From Narcine bancroftii (taxonomy: Eukaryota): a stretch of DNA of 64,000 bases. Shown here piece by piece: positions 1 through 14,110 of the stretch. The translations under genes were made by a program, and so were the position numbers. The stretch lies in the NCBI RefSeq assembly GCF_036971445.1, contig NC_091473.1, positions 205,840,001-205,904,000 on the forward strand. Direction: 5' to 3'. Below the pieces are notes generated by a model. That model was not told the origin of the DNA, did not search any database, and worked only from the letters and a program-made list of their open reading frames with translations. Position 1 is the first letter of the stretch; each line of letters starts with the position of its first letter.

Positions 1-2057
1 GCCAGCTGTGTTTTAAACCAATTATCTCCATAGTTTGCATCATTTATTTGTTCCATTGCACACTGTTCACATAACGCATAAAAATGTGACACGCTGCACA
101 CCACGTCCGTTTAATCATTGTACCGGCTACAGTACATAATGTGCCATCATTTATCAGTATTTCAGAAAATATCGGCAGAAATTGTAACAGAAAACAATGT
201 CATTTTCTGTATTTATTTCGGTTATCAGCCAATTGAGTGGAAGAAGGACAATGTAAATAAAAAGGTCCCTGGAATAATGCTTGAACTCTATTTGAATATG
301 TGGTATTCAGATTTGAAATGAATCTGGGCTAATATTATAAGGATAAGGTTAATTGCAATAGATGCTTTAGAATCTTTGAATCGAAAAGTTAACCTGCAGC
401 ACAAGTAGCGTATATTGGGAAAAGATATTTAATTTAATTTGGCTTCCTGTTCCATGCTCTTTTATGGGCTATATTCTCGAATGCATAGTGATCAAATCAG
501 AACAATGAAGATGTCAAGTATCAAGGGAATGAGCACATCATGAAAAAGTAAATTATTCCATTCATTTGCACGCTTATAATATTAATGTGTCAGTCTAGCA
601 GTATACTATTAACATTATATGAAGCGCGAAAAATGTCGGTGCAAATATATTGGACATATCTAATTTATCTGGCATATTTACCAAGCAGAAGTGGTGCTAT
701 ATGTAAAGTAATGCGACCAGAGCACGTGAACATAATGTTAAAGGTGGAAGCTACATGCGTAAAAATTTTTAAAGTAAAACCCATAACATTGACTGGAATA
801 AACCGGAAAATAAAGGCCAAAGAAAATGATAAGGGGGTCTAAAACGATAAACGGGTTTGGTCTGAAAACTTCCATCAAAAGAGTGAAGAATGCGTTTGCA
901 GTGGAACATGGCATATGGAGAGACAAATATCCACCTCAAACGCGCCAATATAAGATAAAGAATTATCGGACCAATTATTGAAATGTCTGTTTAATAATAA
1001 ACGGCGGATTACTGAATTAATGCATAACGTGTAATATAAACATGGATAAACGAAAAGCATTAATCCACATCGTTGTTTTGGTGGTCACATCTTCCATATA
1101 TCTTGACCACAGTGCGTCAGTGGAGCAAAAGAGCAAAGAGTAGATTTAAATTACAAGAATATATCTCTCAGCTATTATATAGGTGTTTGAAATCGTTTGT
1201 ACTGACTTACAGTAGCTCTTGATAATGTTAGTATATTTTATTTGATTCTCTGCATCCTTGAAAATTATGGACCGGATGTTCAAGCGATTCTTTCGCTTGT
1301 TGCTTTTCAAAATTTCCGATTAAGTGCGAGAATTGCACCTTTTGGTGATAGCCGGAGGGCTAGCGGAAATAGAAGTTTGATGGGACACAAAATATAGCTT
1401 TTCAGTTTTTCGGCGTTTCATTCTCTGAAGTGCAGTTTTGGAAAATGTGGGAGTACTGATCGAGCTACATTTCCTGCTTTGTTAAGAATGTTAATCGGCA
1501 TCTTCCAAGTCTTTTCACTTGAAGAGTTTGTAAGTAGTCCATAAATGCATTTTTGCCTCCACTGGTTGCACCGCATTCCATCGCAAAATACAAAATACAT
1601 GCGTCTATGCAGGATAATTTGAACAAGTAAATTGCCTTAAGTGCGTATAAAATTGTTGAAAACCGGGAGAGGCAAAGGAGGTAAAGACAAATCATAAGTG
1701 TGGTTAGTGCAAATATGCTCTCAATTGTTAGTATTGATTGGATGTGTGGAAAGGCCTCTTTCTGGGTGATGTCTCTGACAAATGCCGTAGTATTATCCTT
1801 AGCTTCTGAGATAATTGTCGTTGTGCAGAATTTCGAAGTTTGGAACTCAGTTTGGATAACTATTTACAAAAAATGTCTTATTCAAACTGGACCGGTGAAA
1901 AAGNNNNNNNNNNNNNNNNNNNNNNNNNNNNNNNNNNNNNNNNNNNNNNNNNNNNNNNNNNNNNNNNNNNNNNNNNNNNNNNNNNNNNNNNNNNNNNNNN
2001 NNNNNNNNNNNNNNNNNNNNNNNNNNNNNNNNNNNNNNNNNNNNNNNNNNNNNNCGC

Positions 2058-2097
2058 ACGTGTGTGCATATGTGTGAGTATATGCATGCGTGTGTGT

Positions 2098-2155
<58 letters not shown>

Positions 2156-2157
2156 GG
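2058..2157. repeat. (TG)n(AG)n microsatellite next to the assembly gap 1904-2054
   Basis: Direct reading. Confidence 0.95.
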
Positions 2158-3482
2158 AAGTGGAAGTACATTTAGACAATGAGAGAGAATACCTGTTGTA
2201 GAATTGCTGATGGATTGAGAGAGAGGGTAGCGGATGTACATGAGACAAAGAGAGAGAATACCGATTGTAGAATTACTAATGGATTTTGATAACATCGAAC
2301 GAAAGTTGGGTCATGAAGATTCGTTTGCAAAATCATGGGATAACGAGAGAAGCATACAGACTCAAGGGCAAACAGATATCTATGTGAGAGCTTACACGGG
2401 AGAGACAGAGACATTGAAATAGATGGACAACTGTTGCTGAAAAACATTGAACGCACCTAAATGAAGAAGACATACAGAACCATAGAACTTGCCCAATCGG
2501 ATAAAAATGCCCCACTCAAACTGATTCCACATGCCTATATTTCACCAACATCTTTCTAATCCGACGACGTTCCGTCTATTCGTATTTACTATTGCAATAG
2601 CATGTACCTCGACCAAACCAGTCATTATGTCACATGATTACATTTTTCGGGATAGCAGGTTACAATGTAGATTGGATTGGAAAATATGCTGAAATTGTGA
2701 TGCCACTAAGAAAAATAATGAAGGAAACAGGACACACAGGCATGAAAATCTTTTACAGTGGAATGAGGAGGAAGAAACAGCTTTAACACCATTAAGCATG
2801 AATTACAGTTATCTCTTGCCCTAGCCTTTCCTATTTCCGAGAAGAATTTTAATCTATATATATCCAACAGGCAGGAAGGCTGTGCTACCGTAGCACTAAT
2901 GCAGGAAACGTGGATAAGGAAAGAAAAACAGCAAATAGCATACTAAAGTAGAAAATTGAATGAGGGGGCTTTGGGATACCCGCCCTGATACCAGGCACTG
3001 GGAACATTACGCTATGTGTATGACAAAGCACCTGTGGCTGTGGACATCCTTGATCGTGTACACAAACCATAAGAAAACAGAGTTGGCGGACAGGGGAAAG
3101 TGTGTGCTGACACCAGCCAGGATAGCAGAATTTCAACTTTATTGACATTTTCAGGTAAAACGATGCAGCAGGAGTAACAATGCTAATAATTTCCCGTTTG
3201 GTTATGAGGGAGAACCCCACGATTGTGTAGGAGAACAATGGTATTTGCTAAATTAATCGAGAATTTACAGTCACAACCCCTGGATGATGAAGACAAGAAG
3301 GCCTTGTTTGTAGTCGGCTCTTGTTATTTGGATCACAGTGGAAATGAATGCCGGATTTGCAGTGGTAGAACAGTCGGACTATAATGTAATCAAATTAGAA
3401 GCTTTCTTGCAAGCTTGCTCAACTAAATTGGCAGAAAATAAATCTCTGGCAGCAGCATGAGAAATGATGGAAGGTGGAAATG

Positions 3483-3709
3483 TTTGCGGCGGCCGTGTGG
3501 AGGGTTTTGCGGGCCCACAGGGCGGCCACGCGAATTGCAGAACCAGAATACGGACACTGCATACTCCCCCATTGGACCGGACGTGAGAGATTCCGAATGC
3601 CGAGGAGCGGCACGTTGAGTTATTAAGTTTCCCGCCGGAAGGCGCGGTACACTTAGCAAGGCAAAATTTTGTATTACTTTTCAGCAGCTCTATCGTAGTA
3701 GCCGCTAAA
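3483..3709. mobile_element. ~230-bp GC-rich insertion (solo-LTR or MITE-like) within ERV1 RNase H
   Basis: RNase H homology breaks after EMMEG and resumes at DIYTD. The termini TTTGCGGC / GCCGCTAAA are imperfect inverted repeats. Confidence 0.45.
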
Positions 3710-5669
3710 GTTTGATATTTACACAGATTAAGCACATGCCCATTGGTTTCCGTGTTTGTTGTTTGGGAGAGTGCAGGTTCAAGAAAAGTAACGGAGACCA
3801 CACTCAGCAGCATCAAAAAAAATTCAGATTTGATTAAAGCATTAACGAATCTACAGTACTGGCCGTCATTAAATGCCAACCACATAAGAAAAGAAATGAC
3901 ATGATAACAAAGGGATTTCATGATGCGGCAAAGCAGACAGGAAAACTTCCCCAGGTGAGTTAGTTGTTACTGCATTTCAGGTAACGCTGGATCTAGAACC
4001 CTCAAAGGAGAACACAATCGTAATGTAGGAATGATACTGAGATTTTTGACAAATGAAGTAATTCCAAGATTTGGTAAACCTACAGAGATCAGATCGGACA
4101 CCGCCTCCAAAAAGTAGTTAAACTGGTATAACAAACTCTGAGAATAAATCAGAGGTTTGGATGTGTGCATCATTCCCAGTCACAGTGTATGGTGGAAAGA
4201 ATTAATGGGACTCTGACAGCTAAATTGAACAAGATCAGTGTGAGCACTAGGCTCAATTGGATCAACGCACTGCCGCTGGCATTGAAGAGTTAACGAATGC
4301 TGAATAATTGTATGACAAATATGACACCACAAGAAATGCTTACTGATAGACCGAAATGGAGGGCCTCGTATAAAGGGCCAAGTTTGGAACAGCTGGACAT
4401 GTAACTCAAACAGTACATGCAACAGCTAATTATGATACATAAGTCTATCCATACAGAGGAAAAACAAAAGGTGCTGAGACTGACCAGCGGGAAGTACCTA
4501 TTAAATCTGGAGGTCAGGTTTATGTACAGGCTTTCCGCAGGAAGTGGAATGAGGCGAGAAGGGAAGCGCCATTCACGGTAATCAAGGCGTCACCTACTGC
4601 TGACCAAGTAGATGGTTGAGCTACATGGTGCCATCTCAATCACGAGTGCAACCTGATACTGAGCCTGAGTTAAGTGAGACAGAAGAAGGGACGACAGAGG
4701 AAGAACAGGAGTATCTGACAAGTAATACATCCCCGCAAGGGTTTGATTAAGTAGTAAGTGAGGTTTGAGAGCCATCGATAGATCTGTCGAAGTCAGTCCT
4801 TCTCATGCTAGTGGGGGCGAATGTGGTTTGGGGACAAACAATGACGCACCCACAATGAAAACATACCTCCCCACACATGTGCTGATTTGGAAACCATCAA
4901 TTTTGTAGACTTGGCCTGGTAATATGCCACAGAAATCGAAAGAAATAATCCGGGAGGCAAGGAGCATAATCTCTTACTCCTTGCCGTGGTCGCATGCACC
5001 TATCAACCATTGATGTAAGTGGGCAAACTTTACCACAAAGACAATGTCTCGACAGGACTGTTATTACTTTTCAAGTGTAACACCAGTACAATATAGAGTT
5101 CCCATGCCATATAATGACTCAACATGCACTGCATGCCACCTTAAAAGATTGGCACACTGTGGGGGGCGGGGGGCATGCAGGGGAAAATCTCTATGTATGA
5201 TGCAGGCCTCTCCCAGGACTGTCCGCACACTCGGAACCAGGTGCAACAATAATACCCCGTGTACAACTACCCGTAGAAAATAAGATTATGCCGCTCGAGG
5301 GCCTGCAGCTAGTCATGAAGTAAAAATTTAAATGCTTCACACAGGATGGTAAAATTTCAGTAGGGATTTTTAGTGGCAATTAAATAGATTTCGCGATTCG
5401 AATAGGAGGAGTATATTGCTGGAGCACAGTTTCAAATGACCAAATATCACTCTTGCAGATACTTGCTAGTCGTGTGGTTTGGAGGGAGGACTGAGACTGA
5501 CGCTCCCTATAAGATGGTGAAGTACCAGTCATGAATGATGATTCTCCTGGAGATAATTGTGACCCAGAAATGCAATTAGATTCCTGACTCCAACAAACTA
5601 TGACAAGGAGAAAAAGAGGGTAAAAATGTTGCAGTCAGAGGACAACCATACATATCCTGGAAGTCATAG

Positions 5670-7690
5670 GGAGTCTTGGTTTTCGAGGAATATTGGAAAT
5701 TTGGTTAGGAGAAAAACGGCGGTGTACAAGAGGTATAAAGAGCAGGGAGCTGAGAAGTTGAAGGAGGACTACAAGGAGTGTAGAAATAATCTTAAGAAAG
5801 AAATTAGAAAGGCCAAAAAAAGGCATGAAGAGGCTTTGGCTGACAGAGTAAAAATAAATCCAAAGTGTTTCTATAAGTACATTAAAAGTAAAATATTAGT
5901 GAGAGATAAAATTGGACCCCTTGTAGATAGCGAGGGTAAGCTGAGTGAGAAGTGTGAGGAAATAGGGGAAATTTTGAATGATTTCTTTGCCTCGGTATTC
6001 ACTAGGGAAAAATTGTTGAACCAGTTGAAGTAAAGAAAAATAGTGGGGAGGTCATGAAGCATATAAGGATAACCGAGGAGGTAGTTATGGCTGTGGTAAA
6101 AAAGATAAAGGTGGATAAATCTCCCGGACTGGACAAAATATTCCCTAGGACACTCAGGGAGGCTAGTGGACAGTTAGTGGGGCCATTAACAGAGATATTT
6201 AGGATGTCACTGGCCACGGGGGTGGTACCAAAGGATTCGAGGGTGGCGCATGTGGTTCTTCTGTTTAAGAAAGGGTCCAAATGCAAACCTGGGAATTATA
6301 GGCCTGTAAGTCTGACGTCTGTGGTGGGCAAGTTGATGGAAAGTGTTCTGAGGGATGCAATTTACAAATTTTTGGAGGTACAGGGATTGATAGGGAGTAA
6401 TCAGCATGGTTTTGTCAGGGATAGATCATGCTTGACAAACCTGATTGAGTTCTTCGAGGGGGTTACAAAAAAAAGGTTGATGAAGGGAAAGCTGTGGATG
6501 TTGTCTATTTGGAGTTTAGTAAAGCTTTTGACAAAGTTCCCCACAGGAGGTTAGGGAAAAAGGTGGAGGCATTAGGTATAAATAAGGAGGTTGTGAAATG
6601 GATTCAGCAAGGGTTGGATGGGAGGTGTCAGAGAGTAGTGGTAGAAAATTGTTTGTCCAATTGGAGGCCGGTGACTTGTCGAGTTCCTCAGGTTCGGTCC
6701 TGGGTCCACTATTAATTGTTATATATATTAACGATCTGGATGTAGGGGTGGAGAATTGGATAAGCAAGTTTGCGGATGACACAAAGATTGGTGGTGTTTT
6801 GGACAGTGAGGTAGATTACCGTAGATTAAAAGGTGATTCAGGAAGGCTGGAGGTATGGGCTGAGAAATGGCTGATGGAATTTAATACAGATAAATATGAG
6901 GTGCTACATTTTGGAAAGGCAAATTTAAATAGGTCATATACATTGAATGGTCGAAAATTGAGGAGTGCAGAGCAACAAAGGGATTTAGGAGTTATGGTAA
7001 ATCGTACCCTCAAGGCTGATACTCAGGTAGATGGTGTGGTGAAGAAGGCATTTGGAATATTGGCTTTCATAAATCGGAGTTTTGAATTCAAGAGTAGGGA
7101 GGTTATGATGAAATTGCACAAGGCATTGGTGAGGCCAAATTTGGAGTACTGTGTACAGTTTTGGTCACAAAATTATAGGAAAGATATAAACAAAATAGAG
7201 AGAGTGCAGACAAGGTTCACGAGAATGTTGACAGGATTTCAGGGTCTGAGTTACAGGGAAAGGTTGTGCAGACTGGGGCTTTTTTCTCTGGAGCGTAGAA
7301 GATTGAGAGGGGACTTGATAGAGGTGTTTAAGATTTTAAAAGGGACAGACAGAGTAAATGTGGATAGGCTTTTTCAATTAAGAAATGGAGTGATTCAAAC
7401 TAGAGGACATGGTTTAAGATTGAAGGGGGAAAATTATAAGGGGAACATGAGGGGAAATTTCTTTATGCAGAGGGTGGTGGGGATGTGGAATGAGCTTCCG
7501 GCAGACGTGGTCGAGGCGGGATCATTGGTTATATTTAAGGAAAGACTGGATCGTTACATGGATAGGAGGGAACTAGAGGGTTATGGACTGGGTGCTGGTC
7601 ATCGGGACTAGGAGGGTGGGGATTTGCTATGGCATGGACTAGTAGGGCCGAACTGGCCTGTTATGTGCTGTAAGTGGTTATATGGTTATA
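5670..7690 (+). mobile_element. CR1-clade LINE, 5'-truncated, frameshifted
   Basis: RT motifs GNYRPVSLTSVVGK, QHGF, FSKAFDKVPH, GSVLGP, FADDTK and RRRLRGDLIEVFKI; the tail is GGTTATATGGTTATA. Confidence 0.93.
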
Positions 7691-8311
7691 TCCCAAATCA
7701 TGTTAAAGCATGGAACGAGATTGCAGGTGGATTTGAGTCAATGGTTCATGGATAAGGCCTGGTAAAATACAGAATGGATCAATTATATTTACCACCACCA
7801 GGAAAACTTTATTCATTATACTGATGATGCTCTTTTGTAGAACAGTTGGATGCGACTAGTAAAATGACATTGCAGAATAGACAGGCCTTAGATTGTTGTC
7901 AGGAGGGAAAAGCGGGATTATGCATGCTGTTTGGAGAACATTGCTGCATTGATGTACCTAATGAAATGAATCCGGAGGGATAATTTACTAAGGAAATGAA
8001 CAAATTAAAAAAAATTAAGAAAATAAGTTAAACCAAATGCAGTATTTATGCATCAGTTTGTTGATTGGTTAGAAGCCAGGCTATGTGTTTGGAGAACATG
8101 GTTTACCAATATTTTGTTGACTTCTGGCATTGTCATGCTATTCTGTGTACTTTTATAGTGTTGTTCTCATCCCTTTTAAAAGTTCCTTCTAATGTGAGCG
8201 ACAGCAATGTATTCACAAAGCTCCCAGAAGGGCTGAAGCAATTTTCCCAGCCTCAGACATGACTAGACAGTTTTTGGTTCAGTGGCCCGGGGGTGGAGGT
8301 GGGGGGGGGGG

Positions 8312-8329
8312 TGGAGAGAGAGAGAGAGG

Positions 8330-8354
<25 letters not shown>
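8312..8354. repeat. (GA)n microsatellite
   Basis: Direct reading. Confidence 0.9.
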
Positions 8355-8362
<8 letters not shown>

Positions 8363-8697
8363 AGTGGATAATGAAGATTGAGCACGAAACTGCAAATAAA
8401 CCAGTTTTATGGATAGCTATTGCAATACATCTGAAATCTAAAATACGAATTATTTGTGACGAATGTAAAATACAATTGCATATTTTTGTTGAATTCGAAG
8501 AATGACTTTCTTGTCGACTTACAATCTGCTACACCATGTCACATGAAAGTGGTATGTGAGTGGAAAGGGAAGATTGAGAATCACTGGTCTGACTCAATTG
8601 TTACTGAAATATATTGCTTTGCGTAAAATTGACATTGACCAATTTCCTTTGGTGTTATGAACCGTGCACATAACGACTCAATAAGGAACGATTAAAG

Positions 8698-8826
8698 CAA
8701 TGGTTTTCCACTTTTGCTTTCGACTCACATACCACCTTCAGCAATCCCTTACTAATCACAGAACACCTATGGCATAAGGAATACTTAAGTTGTATGTGAG
8801 TGTAATGAAAAGGTTGAGAACCACTG
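8698..8826. mobile_element. hAT-like MITE (plus a half copy at 8545-8586)
   Basis: Long imperfect TIRs CAATGGTTTTCC..ACTCACATACCAC / TGTATGTGAGT..GGTTGAGAACCACTG; the right arm is repeated at 8545-8586. Confidence 0.65.
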
Positions 8827-9760
8827 AGGGAGCTGAAGAATTTGTGAAGACATTGGGATTGCTCTTCCAGGAATCGATGTAGTTTGGCATGGTTCCGGTG
8901 GACTGGAAGATCACGAATGCCATTCCACTATTTAACAAGTGTGAGCGACAGCAGAAAGGAAAATGATAAACCTGACTTCGGTGATTGGGATGTTGTTGGA
9001 GTTGATTGTTAAGGATGGGATTAAGGACGTCGTGGACATGCATGAAAAATTGTGCAAAGTCAACATGCTTTTCTTAAATGAATATAATTACTGAGAAATA
9101 TATTGTAAATTTTGAAGCTATCACAAGGAGGATTGACCTGGGTATTGCAGTGCATGTTGTGTATTTGGAGTTTTAAAAGGTCTACGGCAAGGTGTCACAT
9201 ATAAGGCTGATAAAGAAGCTGAGATCCTATAGAAATACAGAAAGGATATTAGCATGGGTGGAGAATTGGCTGGTCGGCAGGAAGCCGAAGGTAGGCATAA
9301 GTTCTGGATGGCCACCGGCTACCAGGAGTGTTCTGCAGGGGTCAGTATTGGGGACTCTTCTTTTCCATTTGTATGTAAAGGATTTTGATGATGGAATATT
9401 TTGCTTCATGTTTAAAGTTTCAGGCATCATAGGCTTCATCTCACATAGATGACAGTGGACGTGATGCGAGGATTCTGAAAAGCTCCAGATAGACAGACTG
9501 ACTAGGAGAATGAGCACATATATGGCAAATCAAACACAATATTCGTAAAACAGGGTCATGCAGTTTGGTTGACGAAATGGATGAGCACACTATTATTTAG
9601 ATGTGGAGAAAATTCACAATCTTGAGGTATAACCCAGCTGGAGTCCTCGTGCAGTATATCCCATATTTTAACTGCAGGATGAATGAATGGTGATAAAGGC
9701 AAAAGAAACTGTTACATTAATTTCCAGATGGACATCATACAAGAGCAGAGATGCTGGTAG
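8827..9760 (+). mobile_element. Old, degraded CR1 LINE fragment
   Basis: GMVPVDWK..NAIPLF, ILAWVENWL and SVLQGSVLGTLLF..YVKDFDDG, with many disablements. Confidence 0.75.
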
Positions 9761-10238
9761 ATCAACGCGGGATTATGGTGATCAGTACTGGGTAATTACC
9801 TGACATTGAATGGATGAATTTAAGTTTAATGCTGCCTTTTGTTATGTTAACGACGGATACTTATTGGAGTAAAAGATCCTTGCAATTTTTCTTTTCGACT
9901 TTACTGAAGACACATGAGTCTCATAAAATGTTCTTGCTGCATAAATGACCTCAGTGCACGAAATAAAATGTGTTTTGTCACATCTTCTATTTCATACAGT
10001 TTTCTTTATCATTGAAGCCAACCACGAAAGTCCCAGAGAAAATAACACTTTTTTCTCCCCACCTTGTGTAACTAAGCTGCCTCAGATGCATGCTATTCTA
10101 TGCTAACTGTTTCCCCGCATAAACAGACTAGTAGGCAATCGTTGAGTGCACTTCATATCTTCGCAGATGAATTCAATCTAAATCCATATTTGCTCAAAAC
10201 TAAGACATCCTTTAAGATGAGACAGCAGGACAAACGGG

Positions 10239-10290
10239 CTCACGCTGAATAATGCGATGTTCACTGATTCCGTGCTCTATTTATATCATG
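10239..10290 (+). pseudogene. Possible FR3 scrap of a decayed V
   Basis: LTLNNAMFTDSVLYLY resembles the LTI....DSAVYYC pattern; no RSS. Confidence 0.2.
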
Positions 10291-11707
10291 AGAAAATGGA
10301 AACGTTACCATGATTCGTCATTTCTGCATAAAACAAATAAGAAACGAAAAACAGGCTGTTCCAATGAGGAATCGAAACAATTCAGGCGCTGGTATTTTTG
10401 ATGCAGAAATAGTAATGGGTGAAACTCAGCAAGTACGGCAGAATCCATGCTCAGAAACGGTCATCAAACGTTTCATTTAAGAACCCTTTACCCTGACTCG
10501 ATTATTGTTTCCGACTAGAAATATTGATTGCCCATTTCATTCCACTGAGTCCCTTCACCTTTGACTGTTAAAAAAACAGAATACACATGAATCCGTGAAG
10601 TAAGGGACAAGAAAGGCGGATTTAAATCTGTCCGCTATTTGTCATATCATAGTTGATCATGGATGTCATTTCCATTTTCAGGCCCAATTTGTGTATTAGA
10701 ATATTTGGATGACGTCATTCTTGATTATTATAACAATGAAATATATGAAGCGGATGGACAGGGGTCATATATTTACTTCTTTGAAGCTATGTTTACAAAT
10801 CCAAATAAGAAAGGTGTGTATATTTCTCATCCTTTATTTGGTTCCAAGTGTAAAAACAAGGTTAATATTGCCTTTGTCATCACTCATTGGAACACAGCCA
10901 CAAATTATCACACCGACGATTTGCCTGTTTAGTGGAATGTAGTTACTGCCAGCTTCGGCCCAATTGAAAATGTATGAAATGGGAAAGAAACACCTATGAG
11001 TGTATTGGTTAAATTTCAGAACAAATGAGACGTACGTAGATTGGAAGAAATGCTTAACAAGAATACATTGGGTTTGGTGTGGTTGGAGAGGGAGAGAGTT
11101 TGTGCTTAGCGGATGAGAAACTGCCAGGAATATCCTACTCACCGGACATTACAGCACTGTTAGTACATTCGATTAAAGACAAAATTTGTATCAGGTCGAT
11201 TTTCTCAAATTCAACCTCGCCAAAACGCAACTATGTCAGCTGTGTCTTCTTATTTGCTTTTTATACCAGTCACATTTTACACTGGAAAGTTCATAGCATT
11301 TGCAATATTGCACTTTTTCGTCTGCTGCAGCGAAGGATATTTAATAATTGAAAGCAATATTTTAAATGGAAAGTCATTGAAAAAATGATCATGGATACAG
11401 CTCTTTTCCGAATGATGTTGGAAAGTCTGAGGGGCATACACAAGTTAATTTAGAACAGAATATCCGTAGTCAAGTGGAAATCGCATGACTCTATGATTAT
11501 ACTTAACTTCTTGAAACCTAAAGTCTATAAGAAGGAAAACGAAAAGGTTCGATATTCGAATTTCCGCTATTCTGCCACTTTATTTTTGAGCGTCAATTAA
11601 TTTATTTAAAAAAAAATCTTAGACTAATATCAGGGATAGTGGCAGTTCTGACAAATTTGCGCAGTGGGGTGATATTTTCAATTCATGTTTTCCGCCGAAT
11701 ATTTCAG

Positions 11708-12049
11708 GACATTGTTGATGGGACGCCGTTTCTCAGACACTGTGACCACAGCGACTGAAGGAGATGATGCGAGGTTGAGCTGTAACTATACAGTGACAAG
11801 TGAAAGTAATCCTGGATTAATATGGTACCGTATGTATCCTCTATGATCAAAGGACCTTTTGCAGGTTAAAACGCAAAGTGATGGCAAAAGGAAGAAAATT
11901 CCCGGAGAAAGTTTTTCGGCTGACCTGGATATTTCAAAGGGAATGATTCTGCTAACCATATAGGAAACGCAGCTGGGGGATGTGTCCATGTTTTATTATG
12001 CTCTCAATTCCACACTGGTACGGAACTGAGTTGACACTATTCATAATGT
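11708..12049 (+). pseudogene. TCR V pseudogene with degenerate RSS (different family from the intact V)
   Basis: After a TTTCAG acceptor: ..DAVSQT (frameshift) TVTTATEGDDARLSCNYTVTSESNPGLIWYRMYPL*..FSADLDISKGMILLTI*ETQLGDVSMFYYALN. It has stops and the 2nd Cys has become Tyr. CACACTG at 12011-17 is followed by 23 nt and TCATAATGT. Confidence 0.85.
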
Positions 12050-12186
12050 AGTAGAACATCTCGTCGTGCATCAACGCATGAACGGCTCTTTGAAAATGAT
12101 TTGCTTTTCCTTTCATGGTCAGAAACCGAATGGATGACTTGGAATGATTATCAAATTTTACCCGACTGAGAAAATCACATTTATCA

Positions 12187-12575
12187 GATTACAGATTCAG
12201 TTTACTGCCATGTAATAAAACAACAAAGGACTATCACTCGAAACTGTCTTTAGTCTGCCATATGTGAAACCAACATTAGGTCATTAGCAATAGCATCCCC
12301 GGCGACCTGACAGTGAGCGCAAGGGATGCTAATGAAAGTCCCTTCCAAGGTCACCATAACTCCAGCCCAGTTCAAACCATCAGAAACGGGAGCACAGATC
12401 CAAACGTCCACCATGAGGAGAATGTCTTCAGGGCCCTTGAGTCTTCTGGATTCCTCCTTGCCCTCAGCTTCACGTTAAATCCTCGTTCAGATACCAAGTT
12501 TCCCTAAGTCATTCTCCAGCAGCCCCCAGCACCTATGAGTCATTTCACCCCAAGTCGCCAGTAGCCCGCAGTTTG
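12187..12575 (-). repeat. Non-coding interspersed repeat, same family as 58040-59090
   Basis: The reverse complement shares GACTTG.GG.GA..., GCTGCTGGAGA and GTTT.CTGATGGTTTGAACTG with the 58.4-58.6 kb region. Confidence 0.45.
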
Positions 12576-13582
12576 TGTGTATTCATTGCCCGAAAGTCTC
12601 CATCACCACCTTCAGATTTTCTTCATACGCAGAAGGCATCACTGATCTGTCAACCTTGCTACTCAATCTGAAAAGGGATATTCTCCCTCTTATTACTTCT
12701 CTGCGCCATTCCGCTGCACTCCGTTATTTGAAAACCTCTTGTGTCCTCTGTCGACAACAGCCGCCGTCTCCTAAAGCCCCGACTCCATGGTTGAAAGATT
12801 TTAAAATATAACACAATCAAAGCATTTATCAGGCTCTTGAAACCATTCCTGGAAACGCAGCAGTCGATCTGTGTGGTATGACCCCGTGCGCGATTGCTGT
12901 TACTTTGTTCCCCACGAGTCTGCCCCAGTGGCAGCACTGTCATTACACAAACCCCGGAAGTGCCATCTGTACATCTAAATCCGGACTCATCGATACTTGA
13001 GGAGCTAATTCCAAATCTTAGTGGTGCGTTTGAATAATGGGAGTGATCTCCATCATCGCCTCCCCCCTTTTCTCATCCGAAGTTATACCCTTGTTCCTAG
13101 CCCTTGACATTTGGAACAATTTCATTATAATTAAAACAATTACAGTATTGGTAAAATACGACTCAATAATTTGTAAATTCATTCTACCAGTCTTGTCTAT
13201 GTCCGCAATTTTTTTGGCCTTTGAAATATACATCCCCATTTAACCTGTTTAATTGACTGTAACTTCAACCTTATTTTACAGTGCATGACACCGCAAACAT
13301 CTGTGACGAATGATTGGTTGTAATGGCACCGGAAGGATGTGAATTTCACTCCTTATTACATCATCATTTGGCACACATAGTGTGGACAGCGAGTTAATTT
13401 TTCAGGGAAGAGCTTCGCTTCTCCTGTCAAAGTTGCTAGATTCCCATCCCATTTTGAAAACAAATTCCTGTTCACAAACCGTGCACTCCTTAATCTCTGA
13501 AGTCTAGATCTTATTTACCATGATGGGAAACAATTATACGTTATGCAGTGTAAATAAAAATTACTCTATCCGTTCAAAATAT

Positions 13583-14110
13583 TGTGAAATAATAGGTGTT
13601 AACAATCACTAATCTGGAGAAAAAGTCTTGGAGAACAAGTTCAGCTTTTTTTCGAGTCTGCAGAGTCGGGTAGTCCTGGTCTGGTGACGCACCGGTTGTT
13701 CAGAATCATCACTCTTTTGTACAGTCCCGCACTCAACATCACCACACCTTCATTTCCTCTCTTCCAATCTGAATCTCAATACATTACAACCTTCTCCTTT
13801 GCCCTTCCATTACTGCAGATACCGCACAGTACCTCCCACATCATACATCGCATGTTATGCTAATTTGTCCATCCCCTTCTTTATGGCATCTAAGTTAATA
13901 TTCATGTCTTTATTAAGCAAGTGCAGTTGTTGCCATGGGTACCTTAGGTCACCGTGCCAGTCTGAACCAGATTCCGGCATCATTGAGACTTCTAATAAGA
14001 AGGAACCCACTAGCTAGTACGGTCTACACTCAAGCTCTAATCTACATACTTTGCATTCCATCACTTGTCACAGAATGTGAAAGTTTAAACACTTCCAGCC
14101 ATATTTCACA
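13583..14110 (-). mobile_element. Solo LTR of the ERV2 family (528 bp) with a perfect ATAT TSD
   Basis: TGTGAAAT...ATTTCACA termini; the reverse complement is colinear with the LTRs at 26349 and 31713. ATAT occurs at 13579-82 and 14111-14. Confidence 0.88.

Larger units (their letters stand above)
2640..8265 (+). mobile_element. Decayed endogenous retrovirus 1 (partial pol + env), interrupted by CR1 at ~5670-7690
   Basis: RNase H fragments (DIYTD, LAVIKCQ.H) and an integrase C-terminus (PFTVIKASPTA, TWCHLNH) are present. The env has an RRKR furin site at ~5607. After the CR1 it continues IPNHVKAWNEIAGGFES..ATSKMTLQNRQALD..GLCMLFGEHCC (ISU domain, CX6CC). Confidence 0.8.

Noticed and set aside
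1700-2295. ORFs spanning N runs and microsatellites (also at 18.9 kb and 25.7 kb)
   Set aside because: Artefacts of assembly gaps and dinucleotide repeats.
12660-13400. Possible Gypsy gag-protease remnant attached to the 13583 LTR
   Set aside because: The motifs are too decayed to call, and the LTR has its own perfect ATAT TSD, so it is a solo insertion.
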